Source of the DNA: Candidatus Omnitrophota bacterium
GTDB lineage: Bacteria; Omnitrophota; Gorgyraeia; Gygaellales; Profunditerraquicolaceae
NCBI GenBank assembly: GCA_030650425.1
Contig: JAUSED010000005.1
Coordinates: 78,932-142,931 of the forward strand
Direction of reading: 5' to 3'
DNA length: 64,000 bases
The position numbers and the translations under genes are program-made. The stretch's first letter is position 1, and each line of letters opens with the position of its first letter. Below the pieces are notes generated by a model. That model was given only the letters and a program-made list of their open reading frames with translations, was not told the DNA's origin and did no database searches. Below, in pieces: positions 27,201 through 42,200 of this stretch.

Positions 27201-30200
27201 TTAGAGTTTGGTTTCTTTGATAATCTTAATACGCTAACAAGAGAAAACATAGCCGGTATTGAGCACAGAATAATAAGAGAACGCGAATTGTATCAGAAAG
27301 TCATAGCGTTGACAGATATACAAAAATACTGTCTTAATCAAGCACAGGATAAGTTTACTTTATTCTTAAAACTGTATAAGAATTTAGTCCCATTTTCGCA
27401 TTGGCCAAAAACGGTGTTTGAGCTAGTAGATAAATATCCAACGATAGGTTTTTTTTATCTTTTATGTTCGGTTAGGGATATAAAAAATGATGTCGATATT
27501 GAAAATGTGGTAAGAATAATAATACATGAGTACGTACATTACTATTCGTTTTATTCGCCAATCATGCAATCTGAGTCATTTGCTGAGGTGTTCGCTGAAA
27601 CGATAGTCGAGATGATTTATCCGGATGCACCCACTCCGAACTATTATGAGGAGGCTAGACCATTGGGGAAGATGTTGTTTGAGATTGTAGGAAAAGAGGC
27701 TTTTCTTGAGGCTAATTTTAGAACCGGCTTATCGGGGCTTATACCTTATTTGGGGCCCAAGGTGGTTAGGATATATGAATTTCTGGAATTGGCCTTAGTT
27801 TGGTCTGGGCTAAACCCTGAGCTTGATTCTGAATTTGTGAGCTTTGTTGATTTCTCAAACTTGCTTAAGCACAGAAATAATGAACAGTTGTTAGACAAGA
27901 TTTGGACGATTTTGATGAGTAAAATGGAGCATATTAATAAATCTCTTCCGATAGGGCGTTTAGAGCGTTTTGATATTATACGAAGATTATTCGAAGTTAT
28001 GCGTTGGGAGTTGGCGGTGTTCAAACCTTCGGGCTCACCGTTAGCGCAGGCTAATCATGATATTCTGACTCTGGTTGTTGGTATCGGCACTGTCAACAAT
28101 ACAAGAGCCGGTTCGGGATTCCTTCCGGTTAATCCCAGCCCTGTATTGAAAAAAATAGAAACGGCCACTCATTCTTCCAGCCCGTTAGATAAAAAGAAAA
28201 AGGAGAGTTTGGATAAGCCGATACGGATAAGGGCATGGAATCCTGATATGGAAAATGTTTTGATAGATTGGATTAAGCGTAATCTGGCGATAGATTCCGC
28301 TCCTTCTGAAGAGGATGTAGGGGTGTTAGCTGCCAAGCTTAATTATAAAAAAAGCGCAGCGGAGCTCAAGGAAAGGCTGGATAAACTGGCTTTTATAAGG
28401 GACAGATATTTAGATTTTACCAATGAAAAATTAAGCGAAAAATTAGGCTGGAATCTAACCGCGGTTAAGAGGCGTTTGCGATGGTTTAAGTATGAGAGAT
28501 GGGCTCCGGAAAAGGAAAGAGAATTATGGGATTTGTTCAAGAGGGGTATAAACGACGCAGGCATTGCCGGCTTAGTAGTTTCTTTCGCCAAACCAAAGGA
28601 AAGATTATTAGAAATGCTAACCCTCTTTAGGGCAATTGACGCAATATATTTTTATCTGGGGCTGAATGCTTTATTGTCTTATCTAAAGATTACCCAATCC
28701 AGCCAGCGCAGGGCTATCCGCAGGTTAATCTCTGAATTAAAATTACACCAATGGACTTTAGAAGAGGAGGCAGAGCTTTTTAGAAGAAACAATGAAGACT
28801 TGTTAGCCTTAGCGGTTGATTTAGGCAAATCCCCATCCTCAATATCAGAGAAACTAAAGGAGCTTAATTTTATTAAGAAATACTACAAGGTATTATTATT
28901 TAAGGATTTAGGCATATTTTTGTGTTATCAGATAGGCGATTCATTAAAAGAGCGGGCTATCGCATGGAAGACGAGTTTTCTGGGTTTAACCGGAGGTGGT
29001 TACAAGTTAAAAAATGACCCCTTAAGAGAGAATGCAAGACGCATTGTGTCTTTATATAAAACCGGAATGCGCCATTTAGTAAAAGGTGAATTCCAGGAAG
29101 CAATAGATAAATGGAGCGAGGCGCTTAGTATCGATGAAGGCATTCCCTATTTGCATAAAAAAATAGACGCAGCCAAGCGCGCGCGCGATGACAGCCTTTA
29201 CCGGGACTTGCTTTTAGGCGAATGTATTAAGAGGGGATACGGAGAATCTATAGAGGCGATTATAAGGTTTAATATGGGGTTGATTAAAAAAATAATAGCG
29301 AGTTACAAAGTTACTAATGCCGCAAGAAAAAATTTGGAAGACGCCGCTATATTTGGCGCCAAGATAGCCGCTTTGAAATACCATCCAGAGCGAGGGGTAA
29401 AGTTTATGACCTTTGCCTGGAATGTGATTAAACATGAAATTAATAAAATATTGATGGAGGATTTCAAGGAAGGAGGAAGAATCGCAATTGAGAAAAAAGA
29501 TTATAAAAAATTATCAGAACTAAAGAAATGGATTAACGGGATAGGCAGATATCCTTCGCTGGAAGAAATAGTTAAGAAACTGAGCGTTTCCAAGGCAACC
29601 GCGGAATTATTTATTTCACTGCTGCGACATAATAACAATCATGTAATGTTAGACGAGAATATTGATGACAGCGATACCAGTTTCCATAATTTTATACCAA
29701 CCAAAGGTACAAACGGCCATGAAATAGGCCCTGAAGAAAAAACAGTTAATTCCGCATCCTTTGCTAAAGTATTAAATGCTCTGGATAACTTAGAGGGGGT
29801 TAACAGCAAGTATAAGGATTTATTTAGGGAGGTTGTTTGCCTTGAGTCGAAGGATACCGCGGATCAGTTCGGTTTTTCAATTGTCGCAAAACAGCGTGGG
29901 ATAAAAAGGCAGACTGTTACTAAGGCGTATTATTTAGTATTGGCAACACTACGTATTAAATTTAATACAGCGACGCATAAGCTTTATTATAGGACAATAG
30001 AGCAAGTCGCGCGAAAAATTCCGCAGAACGCGGTTTATGACGATTTTATTAAAGGGATTGCAGCAGAATTAGGCATTGAAACCCCGCTTGTCAGGCAGGA
30101 GATTGAATTGTTAAGGATAAAATCCGTGGTGCTTAGTTTTTGCGCGCAATCTTCATCCGCCTCGCCAATAAACGCGGATCTCTATGTTAAGGCAAGGCAG

Positions 30201-33200
30201 CGCGTTGAAGACACAAGAAACAGAGGCGGCGGTATAAAAGTAGTGTTTCTATGCAACGGAAACAGATGGCGCAGCGCGGCGATGTACCTTTGGACGGCGC
30301 ATTTAGCGGTAGAAAAATGGATTGCTGATTCTGCCGGGATTTATGCCTGGAGCGCAAAAAAGAACATTGCTTTGTTAGAAAAGGGATTAAGAGATCGATT
30401 TAGAGGCTTAGATGGGCGGCAAGTGAAGTTAATAAGGGCAATAGCCGCAAATGATGAGAGTTGGCTCACGAAAAAAGGATGGTTTAAGAGGGGGTTAAAA
30501 AGAAAAGAAATATATAAATTTTATCACCAGTCTGATTTAGAAGCTTGGAAAGAAAAAATTAACCAGAGCTGTCTGATTGATAAGCAAGAGTATCAAGAAG
30601 CTCTCCAAAAACTAAAGATTATACTCAAGGTTCTTGATGAATACCTGACATACGAGATTCAAGTAGAAGAAAACAGCGAGCTTAAAACTATCGCGCGGAA
30701 ATCCGAAATAAGAGCGGGTATTGTTAATGGATTTTCGTCAAAGGTGGGTACAGCAAGCTTAGTTTATGAAGCTACCCTTGTTGTTGTCTCCGACCGCAAG
30801 GTCAGGGATTTTATCCTAAAGTTTTTCCTCCAAGCCAAGGATAGGGTATTTTTATTTAGCGATTTAGTTCCTAAGAAGCATAAAGATTATGCCTCTAAGC
30901 TTTTTTCTGCTGACGGCGCGGATGTTTTAGACCCGGATAAGAAAGAGATTACAGGGGAATTGATGTTTCAATTGATAGGGGATTGTGTTGAAAAGAGTAT
31001 TATGCCTTTAATTACTCCTTCCGCCTCCAGCCCGATTTTTGATGAGCGCGGCTTCGAAGAGTTTTTGGGCCAGTTGAGAGAGCTCGTTAGTTTAGCTGAG
31101 CAAATCCTTCGGCTGCCATACCGGGACCAGGCAGAAGAGCTTCTTTACGCGCGAAGGGATGAAACATTTAAGCTTTTCGACCCTTCAAAAATTATACAGA
31201 TTCCGGATATTTTGCGTAAAACCAACCTTAACTTAAAAGAAGATTATTTGGATTCGCTGATTAAAATTATTATGGCCTTTCCATCGAACATTGATCCTTT
31301 TTGGAGGGATCAGGCCGCGGAAATCCAGAGGAAGTTAGTTGCCTCAAAACAACAAGACTCCGCATTGAGATTAAAAATAGAGGTTATCAATAACCTATTG
31401 AATGATTACGAGAAAGGCCTGGTTTTTGTAGCTGAGAAGGAGTTTTACAGAATGCTTTTAGGGCAAGGCAGGTTGTATCTTTGGAACAAACTGCTCTCTT
31501 ATGCGGCGCCATTAGGCCAATTGTCAAAAAGAAAATTGGAATTGGGATTATTAATGGCGACTAAACCATTTTTAAATCTTAGAGAAGTCCGAAATATACA
31601 GGAATTGGCAGGAGATTTTGAACTGCAATTCACAGTAATTTTTCCCAAAGGCGCGCGCCATCCTCTTGTCGTCTTCTCCAGAGAATTAATGGAGAGGGCC
31701 GAACAAAGGTTCGTTCCTTTCGCGTTTTCCGTAGGCCATACTCACGGATTAGCGGCGAGCCTTGAAGTAGGCCAAATAGACAAAGAGGCAGCTAGGATTA
31801 TTCAATCCTACGGGGTTTCTTATTTCATTTTAGCTTTTGGGCTCAGGCATATTGAGCTCGCGTGGTTTGAACCGAAGACTATGCAATTCGCCTATGAGCG
31901 TGAGGAGCAAAATAAGATTAGCCGCATCCTTGGCGTATATGGTTTATTAGCCAAGATTAGGCGTACTTCCTCACCCATACACACTCAACCGGCCCTCCTG
32001 AAGCAAACCAGGAGAGCGATGGATTTAACTCAAGAAGAATTAGCCGAAAGACTGGAGAGCTATTCGGAATACGATATTTTCAATTTTGAGCGGGGCGCTG
32101 ACTCAATCCCCATAGGTTTATTTACTAATATTAAAGAAGCAATGGGTTTATTATTGCAAGAACTTAGAGAATCCCTAGGCTATACACCCGCAAAGCTGGC
32201 TAAGGTTATAGGCTATACAGAGGTAGATATTCTGCATTGGGAGAATGCTGAGGCGTGGATCCCTAGCGGCGTATTGAGGGATATCAGAAAACGCGTAATG
32301 CCGGAGCGCCTGAGGCAAATAAGGGAAAAAATGGGGTTGTCGCAAAAAGAATTAGTTAACAGATTAGGATTTTTAAATCTGAGCGCTATTACTTTCTACG
32401 AGATCGGCACGGTAAAAATGCCCTTAGATTTCTTGAATAGGATTAATCAAGAAATGGTTATTTTCTTAAGTGATCTGCAAGAGCTAAGGAAAGATTTAGA
32501 TTATACCAAGGAATCATTAGGCCGAAAAGTTGGTTATAGCCGAACTTCTGTCGCGAAATGGGAAAAAGGCCTGCAAAATGTGCCCAGGGGTTTATTCGCG
32601 AATCTACAAAAAGAGGCCGCCCTATTATTGAAAGCGCTCAGAGAATTTTTGGGGTATAGGGCTGAAAAATTAGCTCGAGAATTAGGAAAGGGTTATACCG
32701 AAGAAGGTATTTTACGTTGGGAGGAAGGTAAGGAGTGGATACCCCGCGGCGTGTTAAAAGAAATTAGGGAGCGATTAATACCTTTACGCTTGAGGCAAAT
32801 AAGGAAAGAGGTGATGAATTTGTTGCAAAAAGAATTTGGGGAGAAAGTGGGGTATTCACAAAATATTAGTATCTACCTTCGAGAGAAAGGCAAAAAAAAG
32901 ATATCCCTACACTTATTAAATAAAACCACGGCATTATTTCCTAACCGTTTGGCCGAATTGCTTAAAGCCATCAACGAGGAGTTAGGATTAAATATTACAG
33001 ACTTGATTAGTTTGCTTCGATTGGAGTTTTCAGAGAATGATTTTAAAGAAATGCTTGTTGGCCTAAGGCAGGTACCCGAGTGGTTAATGGTTTCATTGAA
33101 TGACAAAAAAAATATCCGTCAACTTAAAAAATGGCGAACCTATCAAGAACAAGGTATCCCATTGGCGGCAAGGCCTGAAAGAATTGTGATCATCCCGGGG

Positions 33201-36200
33201 AAAAGCAAACATTCCAGCTTGGAGTGGCCGATCAAGGATAATTATGTTGAACTACCCGAAGAAATCTTAATAAATTATTCAGAAGATAGACTATCAGATC
33301 AGGATGTGTTTCCAGCAGAGGAAGAGCAATTTAGAAATTACCTGAAAGATATAGAAAATGAGATGACAAGAAAGGTCCTGTATTTGGCTTTAAATCACGA
33401 AGATATGGACAATATTATTAGATTAACGGGTTTGACGCAAGAAGAAATTGATAGGCACCTAATAGAAGGTGGAGAAAAGATCCAAAAGATAAGCGGTTTA
33501 AAGAGTTATATGGGCTATTTACAAGGAAAGAAGGCCGCGAGGGTTTCATCGCCGGTGACTTGCAGCTCTAGTTTAAACGAGGATCAGGCTAAAGAAAAAA
33601 TAACTTGGCAAGTCAGCCCTCTGCCGGCTTCGCAGTGGCCCTTAGAGCTGTTTTTGTCGCAATTAAAGACGGCCAGTAAAATATTAGGGACAAACTCGAG
33701 CACGGCATTTTTGCGGAAATATCGCAAAATACGCAGGGCCTTCCTGTTTCTCAGAGAAAAAGGGTTTCTCTCTGATTGGAATAGCGCTGTAAAGGCTACG
33801 GGAGGCCAACCAGCTTTTAGATGGACGAAAGAAATTTTTCTTAAACAACTAAAGAACGCCATAAAAGAGTCAGGCACGAGCGCAAGCTGGGTAATCAAAG
33901 ATAAATATCGTAAAATTTACAGGGCGTATTTACTCTACGGAATAGAATGGGGATTTCTAAATTGGGCTTCCGCGGTGAAGGCTTGTGGCGCAAAGCCACA
34001 TTTAAGAATAATTAAGACAAGGAAGATTTTTCTTTATAGGTTAAGACAGGTATTCGCGGATTTGGGCACAACTTCTAGTAGAGAGATTAAAAAAAGATAT
34101 CCTCAGCTTTTTATATCTTTTATCTTCTGTCAGGAAGAATGGGGCTATCTAGATTGGTCGAGCGCCGTGCGAAAAACTGGAAACCAGCCTATCTCCGGAG
34201 ATGAAATCAGATTGAACGTACATCTTCAGTTTTTAAAATCTAAATACCGAATTTATACGCTCCTTAAAGAAAATAAGAAAACCGATGCTAAAGAATTACT
34301 CAAAGGCCTGCTTGAAAATGGCGAAAGGGGCGTTATCACCCTGCATAAACTTATCCGGCCTCAATTTAAAGGCGGTTTGCCGCATATCTACCCGGAAATC
34401 AGAAAATATATTTGGAATTTGATCTTGGATTATTCCTTTACTCAAAAAGGGCGGATAAAGCTTGTCAGAAGGGATAAGCTGCCCGCTAGAGTCAGACACA
34501 GTTTTATTCAAGGTTTAGGGCATTGTTTGATTCAAGGGCGCCTGCCTTCCGGGGGTGAATTAATTCTGGGAGGGCGTTGGGGGGTTTTTGGAGAATATGG
34601 AGATTCTGAATATCTAGTAGAGATGAATAACGGTATACCGGTAAGGGTATTCTTCCTTAAAGACTACTCGGCATTTGAATTTTTTCCATATATTGACAAT
34701 ATAACGGGAGAGGTTATAGGTGTCCATTGGGGGGTTACAGAAAGGCAGAAACTCTCCGGCCTTAAAGACGTAACCACCTATGGTTATTTAGGCTCAAATG
34801 GTAATCTCTCTATCGGAGGAACGCGGCCGGGAGTTGATGGCCTTCTTCCTTCTGGAAAATATAAAGGCCTGCCTTGGGCGAGGTCATCCAATCATCCTGA
34901 TGAAAAGGTTAAGATTGTGATTAAAGACGGCCTTGTCCGCGAGTACTCCTCTTTGGAGTCTGAGCTTAAGGTGAGGCTTTCGCGTATTTATCATAAGCCA
35001 AGCGCAAAATACACTACGTCTTTCCAAAGAACCCTGAGTAAAGAAGAAACTAAGTTATTGGATGAGAGTTACGAAGTTTGCGATTATCGCTTGAATAAGA
35101 ATAGCGTGCTTAGCTTTTTAAGTTGTAAAATTAGTTTTAGCCTGCTTAAAGAGGCCAAGAACGCCTTGGTAAAATTAGAAGTAAGAAATGGCGGAATAGC
35201 GTTTGTAACATTTGTGGCGGATGAAAAGGGGAAGCCAATCTTAGATATCCACGACCAGGCCTTAAAAATAGACGTAAGAGAGAATATCGTCTATCAACTG
35301 CTTAAAAACTCAAAATCTCTCCGCCAAGAGAGATTAAAGAAAACACAAGGCCTTTTCGCGCAAGCAGAGCAATTATTGAATGATGGCCAATACGCAGAGG
35401 CAATAAAACTATTTAAGCAAGTCGTAAACATTGCTTCCAAAAGAAAGTTTAAGATTCAGGAAGAAAAAGATCTGGCGCGAAGGGCTTCTGAATATGCCGC
35501 GCTAGGCAAGCAGTATAGAACGGCCCTGGATGTATCTGGTTTGGCAGGGTTAGAATCCTTAGAGCCGCTTTGCCAGCGCGCTGTGGATTTATTTGAGCAA
35601 AGAAATTATGGCAAGGCTAAAGGCGTATGGAAAAAGGTGCTTAGTAGATTACGGGGCGCGCCTATCTTAGCTGACCAGAAAGATGCTTTAAGGGCGGCAG
35701 AAATCGCGATCCGCGGTTGTTTAGAAACTATAAATATTAAAATTGCCAAAGCATATTTTATTTCGGGTAAAGAGCATTATCTACGAGGGAATTACAGGAG
35801 GGCCATAAACTACTTTAGGAAGGTTTTGGATGTTCCTGTAGTCTTTAAGCATACGGCTGTGAAAGCCCAAGATTATATCAACCGTTGTAAGGATGCCGCG
35901 CTGGCAAGAAAATCCGAACTTTCTTCCCTTAATCTCTCTGGCCATTTCGATGAAAGTTCCCGCTTAGGTTCGCAGATTTTAAATAGCCTTTTTGAAAAAA
36001 TTCGGGCAGGTAAAGATGCTTACGATATAAAAACAATCAAGGAGGCGCGCAGAGCGGAGAAAGAAATCGTGGATACTCATCTCTGGCTGGTTAAGTTAGC
36101 GGCTATCCGGTATTTAAGAAATATTCAAGGGGTTAAAGAACCGGAGGTTAATCCGTATCTGGGCGATCTTATGCCTAAAGGGGTTTCAAAATTGCTCGAT

Positions 36201-39200
36201 ATTATCAGGATCTATGCTTATAAAGACAGGCAGTTTTCTGAAGATGAAATAATAGATGAGCTTGTGGCATTTTTCACGAAAGCGCTTTATGAAGACTCTA
36301 CGGTTTATAGAAAAATCACTTATGTGGAAGCCGCGCGCGATGATTCGGATGAGGCCGGCGATCTATCAGAAATAACAAGAAGTATGGCCGCGGTTGATCA
36401 TAATGCCCCTGATAAGATACTTGAAGACTTGGAAGCGCTGCCGTTAGACGAGGAGGACGCTTTGATCCAGCATAACCTATTGAGCCCTTACATAGATGCC
36501 ATAAAAGATTCTGCAGTAAGGCAGGTTGTCACTTTGGCTTTTCAGGGTTTAAGTATGGAATTTATTACGCGGCGAACCGAACTGAACGAGAAAGAGATCA
36601 ATCAGTATTTAAAACAAGGCGGCCAAGAGATCCAGAGCTTAGCCGGTTTAAAAGATTACGCGGCAGCGGCGAAGCGCAGTGCCTCGCCGGTTTCGGCGAA
36701 TAGGTCCATAGCCTCAAGCCCGGCTAATTCTCCTTCGACAATAGAAAAGATAACTAAAGAGATTGCCAACGCGCTTCAGCTAAGCGGTATTAAATCTCAA
36801 CTAGTTACTCTAGAAGGGCTATTTAATTATTTTAAAGAAGATTATCCCCAATTATTAGAGCCCGGCCGATCAAAAGAAGAGAAGTTCTGGTTATTGTGTT
36901 TGGGTTTTTTTAAGCTTGAAAATATCTTTATGCTGGAATGCGATTTAGGAGGGAAAATTCTTGAACTAAAAAATGAAATCCTGCTTAAGATGAAGAGCCT
37001 GGAAGAATCATTGCTCTCTAGCTATAGGGCCTTTGAGGTGGTTGAGTATTTTAAGCTGGGCTATGAAAATTATCCTTTTGATCTTAAGCGGTTAGAACAC
37101 GAGTCAGGAAAAGAATTCTTTGAGCTTCCTCAGAAACCAGAGAAAAGGGTTTTTGCGGGCGGGTGGGAAAGGCGGTATGCGCAGAAACTTTCTTGTATTT
37201 TCGCCAAGGAGCTACAAAGGGAATGGGAAAGGTTATCGCTTAAGAGAGATTACACCTTAGCGCCTCTTTATACACTCAGCGTAAATGAATTTATAGGAGA
37301 TACTAGGCAGTTTATACATCCTGCGAATTTTATTTACTACGATATGTCATTGTTAGATCCAAATAAAGGGATTACTGAAGCAAGGATTAAACAGGATATG
37401 ATCCTTAGTATTGCCTCTATGGATATTTATTTAGAATGGATAAGCCGGCATTGGGATTCCGACTTAATTAAACAAAAAGGATATACTTGGGAGAAAAATA
37501 GGATAAGCCTGAAATTCATAGAAAAAAACCAATCGCCTAACCTTTCTTTGTTTGGTAGAGCCCTTCCCCCTGTTAAGCTGAGGCCGTCTTACCGTATATT
37601 AAAAAATTTGACTGATGCAGAAGCGCTGGAGATTATATGTGGTACTCGGAGCGATGTTGGTTCTCCTCTAATTAGCCGGGAGCCAATGCGTACAGTTATT
37701 CCTGAAATACAATCTGTCGCTTCGCCGGTTTCAACGCTGGCCAAGGCTATTGGCAGTATTATATTTAATCTTTATTTAATATTTACTGCGCCTATTTATT
37801 CCACTCATCAATTAGTTTATGCGCGGATGCCTTCACAAGGTATTTTAAATATAGTTACAAGGCCAGTGGTTAGACGGTTTGAAGTTTTAAAACATCCGGA
37901 ATATAATGATTCCTTTTTGAATGCCGAAGACTGGCTTAAAGAAGGCAATAAGGATTTTGCGGTGCGGTTTTATTTACTCGGATTCCTTCAAAAGGCGGAA
38001 GTTATGGATTTACCTAATTTCTTAGAAGGCGCAGTAACCCTGGCTCAAGTTGAGGAGTTTATGGCTGGATACTTAGAATCCGTGTTGGAAGGCCTTGAGA
38101 ACTGCGTCGATCCGGTTAACATAGCCCCAATACAGGACTGGATCATTGAGCTTAAGATAGAGGCTTTGAATACTTCCAAGCGGCTATTGTCAAAAGAAGA
38201 TAAAACAAGGATTAGGATAGAATTCATTAAAAGATTGCATCAGCTTGAAGAAGGGCTAAACATAAAATCTCGTCCGCCACCGAAGGATAGAGACACTAAC
38301 CGCGCCCCCGGCATCTTCCCAAATATTGACTGTAGTTCATCCAGCCCTACTTCTTTCTTGCATCAGAATGATGCTAAGGATATCTATTTTAAAATTTGTA
38401 CCAATAATGATGTATTAGCTTATCGGGAACAGATTATCAGCCTTGCAAAGCCGGAGTTCAGTTCTACATATTGGGCTGAATTTATCGAAGACAGCTTTGA
38501 AAGCAAATCAGCGTTGTTTATCCTTATGTTTTCTAAAGAAGAGCTGATAGGTTTGGTTTTAACGCGTGACGGGCAAGATAGCGAGGAGGCATTCATTACG
38601 GCGTTTGTATTAGGCAGCCTCATCAGGCACAATGGTTATGGAATAAAAATATTCAGGACAGCCATCAAAGCGCTTAAAGACAGGAAATATACCTCTCTTT
38701 TTTTGATAACTGAGGAAGAGGAATGTATGAGAGGCCTGCTTGAAAGATTAAGGGCGTCGGCTGATATTATTAATTTAGAAGGCGGCAGGCCGGTTAGCGA
38801 TTACCAGTCATTCGCCAAGTGGTTTAGAGCCTATTTTCCTGGCAGCCCATTACCTAATGGCCCCGCCGCCTCGCCGGTTTTGGGAAAAATAGAGCCGTCC
38901 CCTATTTCGTCTTTGGCGATAGGGATCCTTAAAGAAGCCAAGGAACGGCTTAAGGAGTTTTTGGTGTTAAAAGTAGTTGTGGTTGGCATAATAGCAGCTG
39001 GAGTTATATTGGTAGCTATAGCTTATCTTTTTTCATTTATATATCGATTTTTCTATTTCTTTCTCAGAGATGCTCCAAGGCCGAATCTTGTTGAGCAGGC
39101 TAAGTCAAGAAGAAACAGCAAGAGACAAGATAAAGGAAAATTTTCAAGCTCTCTGGGAGCCATCGGAGCCTTTAGGGAACTTTTTAGCATAGATAATGAA

Positions 39201-42200
39201 GAGGTGCCTCTTGAGAAGATCCCAAGATTGATGAATAAGAAATGGGTAGATGAGATTGAAAAAGGCAACAGAATTATTGATGTGAAGACGAGGACTCTTG
39301 TTGTCCTAACAGTGCCATTTAATGAAATAGCCGACTTAAATATAGAGTTGAGTACTTTAGAGGTTGAAAGCTGCACAATGATTAGTTTCAGGGGTAGAGA
39401 TAGAGAAGGGAATATGGTTTTGGGGTTAGGCCATATTTTTGAGCCTGCGCGTAAACTGCAAGATTTTTCAGTTTTTGTTGTCCGGGCCCTATTGTCTATT
39501 CTCAAGGCTAGAGGCGTACATGAATTAGGCATGCTTATCCGTTATGACCCAATTTTCACCCAGCTCCCTAAAGAAATCATCAAAGGATGCAAGCATTTAT
39601 TCAAGAGGCCGGCTATAATTTTATCGAGAGAGAACAACTTAGTGGAAGATGTTATCGTTACTCCAAGAGGGGTAACGCGGGCCTTATACCAATATATAGT
39701 ATATGAAAGTGCCGGCCGTGGTTTTATTAGTCGAGAAAAAGTTGTAACTTTGTTTTACAATTGGGGTACCTTTAACACTGCCGCTTCGCCTATGCATACC
39801 CCGGATGAGGATAATAAACGAATATTTATTGAAGTAAATAACTTATTTAAGCAGGGCCGATTTAGAGAGGCCGTGGGCAAGTTGAGAGAGTTATTAAGTT
39901 ATCCTCTCGTTAATTTGGACAGGGCAAAGGCTTTGCATATGCTGGGAAGTGCCTTTATAGGATTGAAAAAGCCTTACACTGAAACAATGTTCTGTTTGGA
40001 TTCAGCCTTGCGCTTACTTAAAATTGATAACGTCCAGACACAAGAGTATTTGGATTTAGAGCTAGACATTAGTTTGGGGTTGGGACTTACGTATAATAAA
40101 TTAGGGCTTCCGGATAAAGCGCTTGGATGTTTCGAGAAGATAATAGAAGGATGTAACGACAAAGACATGCTTGATGCCGCGCGTCAAAGTATGCTGGAAG
40201 CTTATTTGATTAAGAAAGATTTTCCTGTTTTCTTTGATAAATTAGGCGATTATTTAAGCAGTAATTCAAATATAGATATAAGAGATATGACCTCCGTCTA
40301 TATCCTTGTGAATAGCTACCACCGTTATTTGGATGAGCATATCGATGAGGCAGGGATCCGGGGGGTTATTTTACTGGCAGAATTTTATTTCAGGCGCGCG
40401 GAAGAGTTATTAACCAAAGAAAAGATAAAGAACCATTCAGAATTTGACCTTTATCAGGCAGGAAGGGTTACCGCTGGTTTTGCTTTTATTTTCCTGCATC
40501 TTTACGCAAACAGCGATGTTCTGCGGGATAGGCACATCGCGTATTATTATAGCGGCAGATGCCTGCTGCATATAGCATGGTTTAAGGAATATTATTTAGC
40601 CAATGTGAATATAATTTTTTCCGCAGAAGGCCTAGAGTTAAATTTGGAGAATATGAAAGAAGTTTTGTCATTGGCAAGCGATTATCTGCTGGATGCCATA
40701 TTGATTGCGGAAAACGATGCTAAAGGCTCCGACGTAAGCTTTGTGAAAAAGGTAAAGGCTACCTTTTACGCGATATCTAATAAATTGAACTCTTTCGGGA
40801 TTTCATCTAGCCCCTTAGATGACGATAATCATAAATTTGAAATATTGCCTATGTTTTTATTAGTATCGCAAGGCGGTTCCGCCGCCTCGCTGGTTTCGGA
40901 AGAAGGGGGAGTATTTATTTCTTATCCTTCATCGGTTGAAGAGAAAAATCAATCCGTTAGTTCATCCATCACTGCGGCAGAGATAGCTGGCATATTCCTT
41001 GAAAGAAGCTGGCTTTCTATTTTTCCAGCAGCTCTTTTCTGGGCAGGTTATTATTTGTTTAAACTTCGCAAGAACATTGAATCTCAAAAAACAAGTTTTA
41101 ATTATTTATCCGTAAATAGCCAAAAGCTCTTCGATTTCAGGAGATTAATCCCTCAAGATAAAAAGGAGGTAATTATCTTGGCATCAATAGCCCTGATAGG
41201 GCTTACCACTATTGTTTTTCCAAGCCTATGCAGGGAGATTATACAGCTTGGCCAAGTAGTTAATCATCATCATATCTGGAAACTTCTTAATTATATTGTT
41301 GGAACGACAGCTGTAATGCGGGCTATTATGGTAGGAAGCAGAACGTTTTTATTTTCCGGAATATATTTCTTTTCAATGATAATATTTTCAGCTTTATGCT
41401 CGGTCTTTATCTTAAATAATATAACCTTATACGCTTATGAGTGCATTTTTGGCAACTTTAAGGCCTTTTTAGTCTTTATGGGAGCATTTTTCATAAGCGA
41501 TATTGTTGCTATGTTCAATAGGTTGATTTATAAAAAGGAGACAATAGGAAAGAAGAATGGTAAGCATTCATTAGGCGATAAAATTAACAGTAACGAAGCA
41601 AGTCCTACTAAGGAAATAAATTCCGGGACCGGCGCAGCTCATAATGTTAAGATAGCTCCGTCTTCTACCCGAACCAAGGCCAGCCAAGAGTTCCTATTGA
41701 GATATCTCCAAGAAACGAAAGAAAAGATAAACCGAAAGGGCCAAGATTCTAGTTCGCCTTTAGAAAATAAAGTTAATTCAGTAAATAAAATGGATGGCTC
41801 TATTTTGCCAAAAGACAACCCCGCCGCCTCGCCGCTGGCGGAAGAAATTGCGGATTGTAAAGTTACGATGGCCGGCTCATCCAGCCCTATTGACAATCCT
41901 GAAGCCTGTAACATTAATGCCGCTGAGATTATGCATAGCTCTATCCTTATGTTTTTAATTGAAAACCCTTATAAAGAGGTTAATCGGGTAAAGTTAAGCA
42001 GAAAATTTAAGAAAGAACTGAATTGTTCATTCAATGGGGTAATTGAGGCTTTGGAAAGAGAGAGCCTGATAACTGTAAATGGATTTAAGATTAGCATGGA
42101 TTTAGAAAATATAAGGCAGTTTATTCTTTATATCCTCTCCTACTACCAACAGCCTCAAAGTAAGGTTCAGTTGATGGAATTAAGCAGGATAGGTGAGAAA

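Noticed and set aside
41163-41188. AAGGAGG followed 8 nt later by an in-frame TTG just before a TM-rich segment, as a possible internal translation start.
   Set aside because: There is no promoter-like sequence upstream, and many AG-rich stretches occur because of the Lys/Glu-rich composition. It is not distinguishable from chance.
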